A DNA stretch of 52,734 bases from Candidatus Oleimmundimicrobium sp. Its GTDB lineage: Bacteria > Actinomycetota > Aquicultoria > UBA3085 > Oleimmundimicrobiaceae. Every line of letters begins with the position of its first letter. Position 1 is the stretch's first letter. The stretch spans positions 1 to 52,734 of the forward strand of contig NZ_JAUSCH010000057.1 of NCBI RefSeq assembly GCF_030651595.1. The letters run 5' to 3'. A program made the position numbers and the translations under genes. Under the pieces are notes generated by a model. That model was not told the DNA's origin. It made no database searches and saw only the letters and a list, made by a program, of their open reading frames with translations. This document shows positions 49,689 through 52,734 of this stretch, one piece after another.

Positions 49689-50510
49689 CTATTTTGTCCT
49701 TCTTCTTATAATGTACTTATCTGACAGTTTCTTCTTTCTGGTTCTATATCCAATGGTCGGCTTCCCCCAAGGAGTGCTAGGCAAATGACCTTTCGACTTA
49801 CCTTCTCCACCACCATGAGGATGGTCAACCGGATTCATTGCCGTACCTCTTACCGTAGGTCTTTTTCCCAGCCATCGATTACGTCCGGCTTTACCTAACG
49901 AGATTGTTTCGTGTTCAATATTGCCAATTTGACCAATTGTCGCCTTGCAATCCAAGTGAATCATTCTAACCTCGCCAGACATTAACTTAACCTGAGCATA
50001 ATTTCCTTCTTTTGCTACTAATTGAACAACAGCCCCAGCTGAACGTGCCAACTGTCCGCCTTTCGAGGGCTTTAATTCAATGTTATGAATTAACGTTCCT
50101 AAGGGAATATTTTTTAAAAGAAGGGCATTCCCCGGCTTTATGTCAGCTTCCTGTCCTGAAATAATCACATCGCCAGCTTTAAGTTTAAGAGGAGCCAAAA
50201 TATATCTCTTCTCACCATCTTTGTAATGAAGCAAAGCTATCCTTGCAGAACGATTTGGATCATATTCAATTGATGCAACTTTTGCAGGAATTCCGTCCTT
50301 ATCCCTTTTAAAATCAATGATTCTGTATTTTCTTTTATGACCTCCGCCAATATGCCGAGTAGTAATTCGACCATGAACATTCCTGCCACCACTTTTAGTT
50401 AATGGGGTGGTCAAACTTTTCTCAGGTGTCTTCTTAGTTATTTCCTTAAAATCTGGTATAGTCACAAACCTTCTACCTGGCGAGGTTGGTTTTACTTTTT
50501 TTATTCCCAC
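49689..50510 (-). CDS. rplB: 50S ribosomal protein L2
   Basis: EYDPNRSA and [17 protein letters not shown] motifs. Confidence 0.99.
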   Translation of the reverse strand: MGIKKVKPTSPGRRFVTIPDFKEITKKTPEKSLTTPLTKSGGRNVHGRITTRHIGGGHKRKYRIIDFKRDKDGIPAKVASIEYDPNRSARIALLHYKDGEKRYILAPLKLKAGDVIISGQEADIKPGNALLLKNIPLGTLIHNIELKPSKGGQLARSAGAVVQLVAKEGNYAQVKLMSGEVRMIHLDCKATIGQIGNIEHETISLGKAGRNRWLGKRPTVRGTAMNPVDHPHGGGEGKSKGHLPSTPWGKPTIGYRTRKKKLSDKYIIRRRTK

Positions 50511-50537
50511 GGTTATCGCTCCATTCTAAATTGCTAT

Positions 50538-50825
50538 CTATTTACCTTCAAAGAACTCTATGCGATCTCCTTCTCTTAACGTGACAATCGCTTTTTTCCA
50601 ATTCTTTGTTCTACCAGAAGTTCGTCCCTGCCTTTTTAATTTACCCTTTACCGACATGGTGTTAACCTTGATAACTACTACATTAAATATTTCTTCAACT
50701 GCACAACGCACATCACTCTTTTTCGCGTCTGGACAAACTTCAAAGCTATATTTATTCCCTTCTATAGCATCGTAGCTCTTCTCGGAAATTATCGGTCTTA
50801 TAATAATGCTTCTTGGATCACCCAC
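50538..50825 (-). CDS. rplW: 50S ribosomal protein L23
   Basis: P.ISEKS and WKKAIVTL motifs. Confidence 0.97.
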   Translation of the reverse strand: MGDPRSIIIRPIISEKSYDAIEGNKYSFEVCPDAKKSDVRCAVEEIFNVVVIKVNTMSVKGKLKRQGRTSGRTKNWKKAIVTLREGDRIEFFEGK

Positions 50826-51448
50826 TATTTCAGCACCTCCGATAAAGCATTTAAAGCATCTTGGGTAAAAATCAATATTTCATTATCTAAAACATCGTAA
50901 ACATTTATTTGTTCTACATCGATGGCTTTCACTTTTTGAATATTCTTAATAGATTTTTTAGCTATTTCATCTTTGGATGTAAGCACCATCGTCGTTTTCT
51001 TCCCTACGCTTACATTTTTTAATACCTCAACAACATCTTTCGTTTTTGGTTTTTTAAGATTAAAATTCTTTAAAACTAAAATTTGAAAATCTTTAGCTTT
51101 TGCACTTAAAGCCGACCTTAAAGCCAACCTTTTTGCCTTTTTGGAAACCTTAAATGAATAATCTCTCGGAGTAGGTCCAAAAACCGTTCCTCCACCTTTC
51201 CAAAGAGGAGAACGTATGCTCCCAGCCCTTGCTCTACCAGTTCCCTTCTGTTTCCATGGCTTAATCCCTCCACCACTTACATCTTTTCGTGTCTTGGTAG
51301 ACGCATTTCCGCTTCTCTTTTCCGCCAAATGTAATTTTACCATCTGATGAACAAGTGACTCCACTATTTTGGATTCAAAAATTTCTGGTTTTAACTCAAC
51401 TTCACTTATTATTTTTCCCTTATGATCATGAACTGGTACCTTTAACAT
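50825..51448 (-). CDS. rplD: 50S ribosomal protein L4
   Basis: KPWKQKGTGRARAG and GGG.VFGP motifs. Confidence 0.98.
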   Translation of the reverse strand: MLKVPVHDHKGKIISEVELKPEIFESKIVESLVHQMVKLHLAEKRSGNASTKTRKDVSGGGIKPWKQKGTGRARAGSIRSPLWKGGGTVFGPTPRDYSFKVSKKAKRLALRSALSAKAKDFQILVLKNFNLKKPKTKDVVEVLKNVSVGKKTTMVLTSKDEIAKKSIKNIQKVKAIDVEQINVYDVLDNEILIFTQDALNALSEVLK

Positions 51449-51462
51449 GATTCCTAACTCCT

Positions 51463-52101
51463 TTATTTACTGCTTTCCTTAACAGCATTCTTTATCAAAA
51501 CTAAATCTCCATTAGCCCCCGGAACACTCCCTTTAAGTAAAAGCAAATTGCGCTCCTTATCTACTTTGACTACCTCAAGGTTCTGAGTGGTAACTCGCTT
51601 ACCACCCATACGCCCAGGAAATTTTCTCCCTTTTAATACTCTTGAAGGAGTTGCACACATACCTATTGAACCAGTACTTCTATGAAAATGAGACCCGTGA
51701 GAGGCTGGCCCTCCTCCAAAACCCCATCTCTTAACAACCCCGGCAAAACCTTTTCCTTTTGATATACCAACCACATCAGTCTTTTCTCCTTCTGAGAAAA
51801 TATCGACTGTAATTGATTGGCCCAATTCAAAACTTTCGTTTTTGTCTAAACGTAACTCCGCCAAATATCTTTTATAACCCACTTTCGATTTATCAAAATG
51901 ACCTTTAAGCGGCTTATTTACTTTATTCTCTTTTATATCTCCACAACCAATCTGCACAGCATTATACCCATCTTTATCGCAACTCTTCATTTGAGTAACA
52001 ACACAAGGACCCGCCTCAATAACGGTCGCAGGAATAACCCGACCATCTTGATTGAATATTTGCGTCATACCAATTTTTATACCTAAAATTCCCTTTGACA
52101 T
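51463..52101 (-). CDS. rplC: 50S ribosomal protein L3
   Basis: GMTQIF, KGKGFAG.VKR and GRMGG motifs. Confidence 0.98.
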   Translation of the reverse strand: MSKGILGIKIGMTQIFNQDGRVIPATVIEAGPCVVTQMKSCDKDGYNAVQIGCGDIKENKVNKPLKGHFDKSKVGYKRYLAELRLDKNESFELGQSITVDIFSEGEKTDVVGISKGKGFAGVVKRWGFGGGPASHGSHFHRSTGSIGMCATPSRVLKGRKFPGRMGGKRVTTQNLEVVKVDKERNLLLLKGSVPGANGDLVLIKNAVKESSK

Positions 52102-52144
52102 CTCTACACCTCGTTTTGCCCAAATACTGCAGCAATCTCCATAC

Positions 52145-52453
52145 TTAAAGTTTTATTTCTATATCTACCCCTGCTGGTAAATCTAGCCTCATTAAAGAGT
52201 CCACTGTTTTCGGTGTTGGCTCAAGTATATCTATGAGCCGTTTATGTGTATGCATTTCAAAATGCTCTCTCGAATCCTTATTAACGTGAGGAGAGCGAAT
52301 AACACAATAGAGACTCTTTTCTGTTGGCAGAGGAATTGGTCCTGAAATAGTGGCCCCCGTTCTCTTAACGGTTTCTACAATTTTCTTCGCCGACTGATCA
52401 ACAATTTCGTGATCGAACGCTTTCAATCTAATTCTAATTTTTTGGTTGGCCAT
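52145..52453 (-). CDS. rpsJ: 30S ribosomal protein S10
   Basis: [17 protein letters not shown] and RSPHV.K.SREHFE; start at MANQ after GGGAGG. Confidence 0.98.
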   Translation of the reverse strand: MANQKIRIRLKAFDHEIVDQSAKKIVETVKRTGATISGPIPLPTEKSLYCVIRSPHVNKDSREHFEMHTHKRLIDILEPTPKTVDSLMRLDLPAGVDIEIKL

Positions 52454-52547
52454 TCTTTCCTCCCTTAACGCGTAATCCTCACGCAACTTTACCAAATTTA
52501 TGAATTCAGCCAGTACAAAATTAACTACTGGCTTGGCATCATTTTTT

Positions 52548-52734
52548 CTACTTAAGTATCTTACTTATCTTACCAGCTCCAACTGTTCTTCCGCCCTCGC
52601 GGATAGCAAATCTAAGTCCTTCTTCCATAGCAATTGGAGTAATTAACTCCACCTCAAATTCAGTGTTATCTCCAGGCATAACCATCTCAACCCCTTGGGG
52701 AAGAGTAACAACTCCGGTAACGTCAGTAGTTCTG
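52548..52734 (-). CDS. tuf: Elongation factor Tu, 3' end only (partial at the window edge)
   Basis: Manual translation RTTDVTG...EMVMPGDN...[18 protein letters not shown]-stop. Confidence 0.97.
   Translation of the reverse strand, partial: RTTDVTGVVTLPQGVEMVMPGDNTEFEVELITPIAMEEGLRFAIREGGRTVGAGKISKILK

Noticed and set aside
52454-52495. Extended S10 N-terminus; similar upstream extensions for groES, tsaB, rpsM, rplR, rplX, rplN, rpsQ, rpmC, rpsC and rpsS
   Set aside because: Longest-ORF artefacts; downstream starts have proper RBS spacing and match conserved N-termini

Overview
AT-rich bacterial chromosome segment, almost entirely on the minus strand. From right to left it holds the 3' end of tuf, the complete S10-spc-alpha ribosomal protein cluster, ecfA1-ecfA2-ecfT, rplM-rpsI, glmM-glmS-acpS-nnr-alr, tsaE-tsaB-rimI-tsaD-lnt, groES-groEL (with a perfect CIRCE) and guaB3-guaA. 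This order is typical of Actinomycetota, so a low-GC, deep-branching actinobacterium is inferred. Accessory genes interrupt the backbone: an archaeal-type SAM synthetase plus Usp where truA normally sits, an ornithine-racemase-like gene, and an approximately 5 kb block between alr and tsaE. The left end holds aroF/chorismate mutase, rmuC, a CarD-like gene, a macrodomain gene and a NAL1-like serine protease. Main highlights: (1) an FmdB-type zinc-ribbon gene missed by the ORF track, with an in-frame UGA in a UxxC...CxxC motif (candidate selenoprotein); (2) a 21-bp hairpin present three times, with a filled/empty site pair showing precise insertion without target duplication, and a related 45-bp insert, both nested in larger structured repeats; (3) a CCA-family nucleotidyltransferase with no flexible loop and a DNxxQ motif in place of EDxxR; (4) a stand-alone copy of the protease N-terminal domain coupled to the protease; (5) chorismate mutase and DAHP synthase in frame and separated by one stop codon; (6) adk apparently starting at AUA. 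No rRNA, tRNA, CRISPR array or transposase was recognised.
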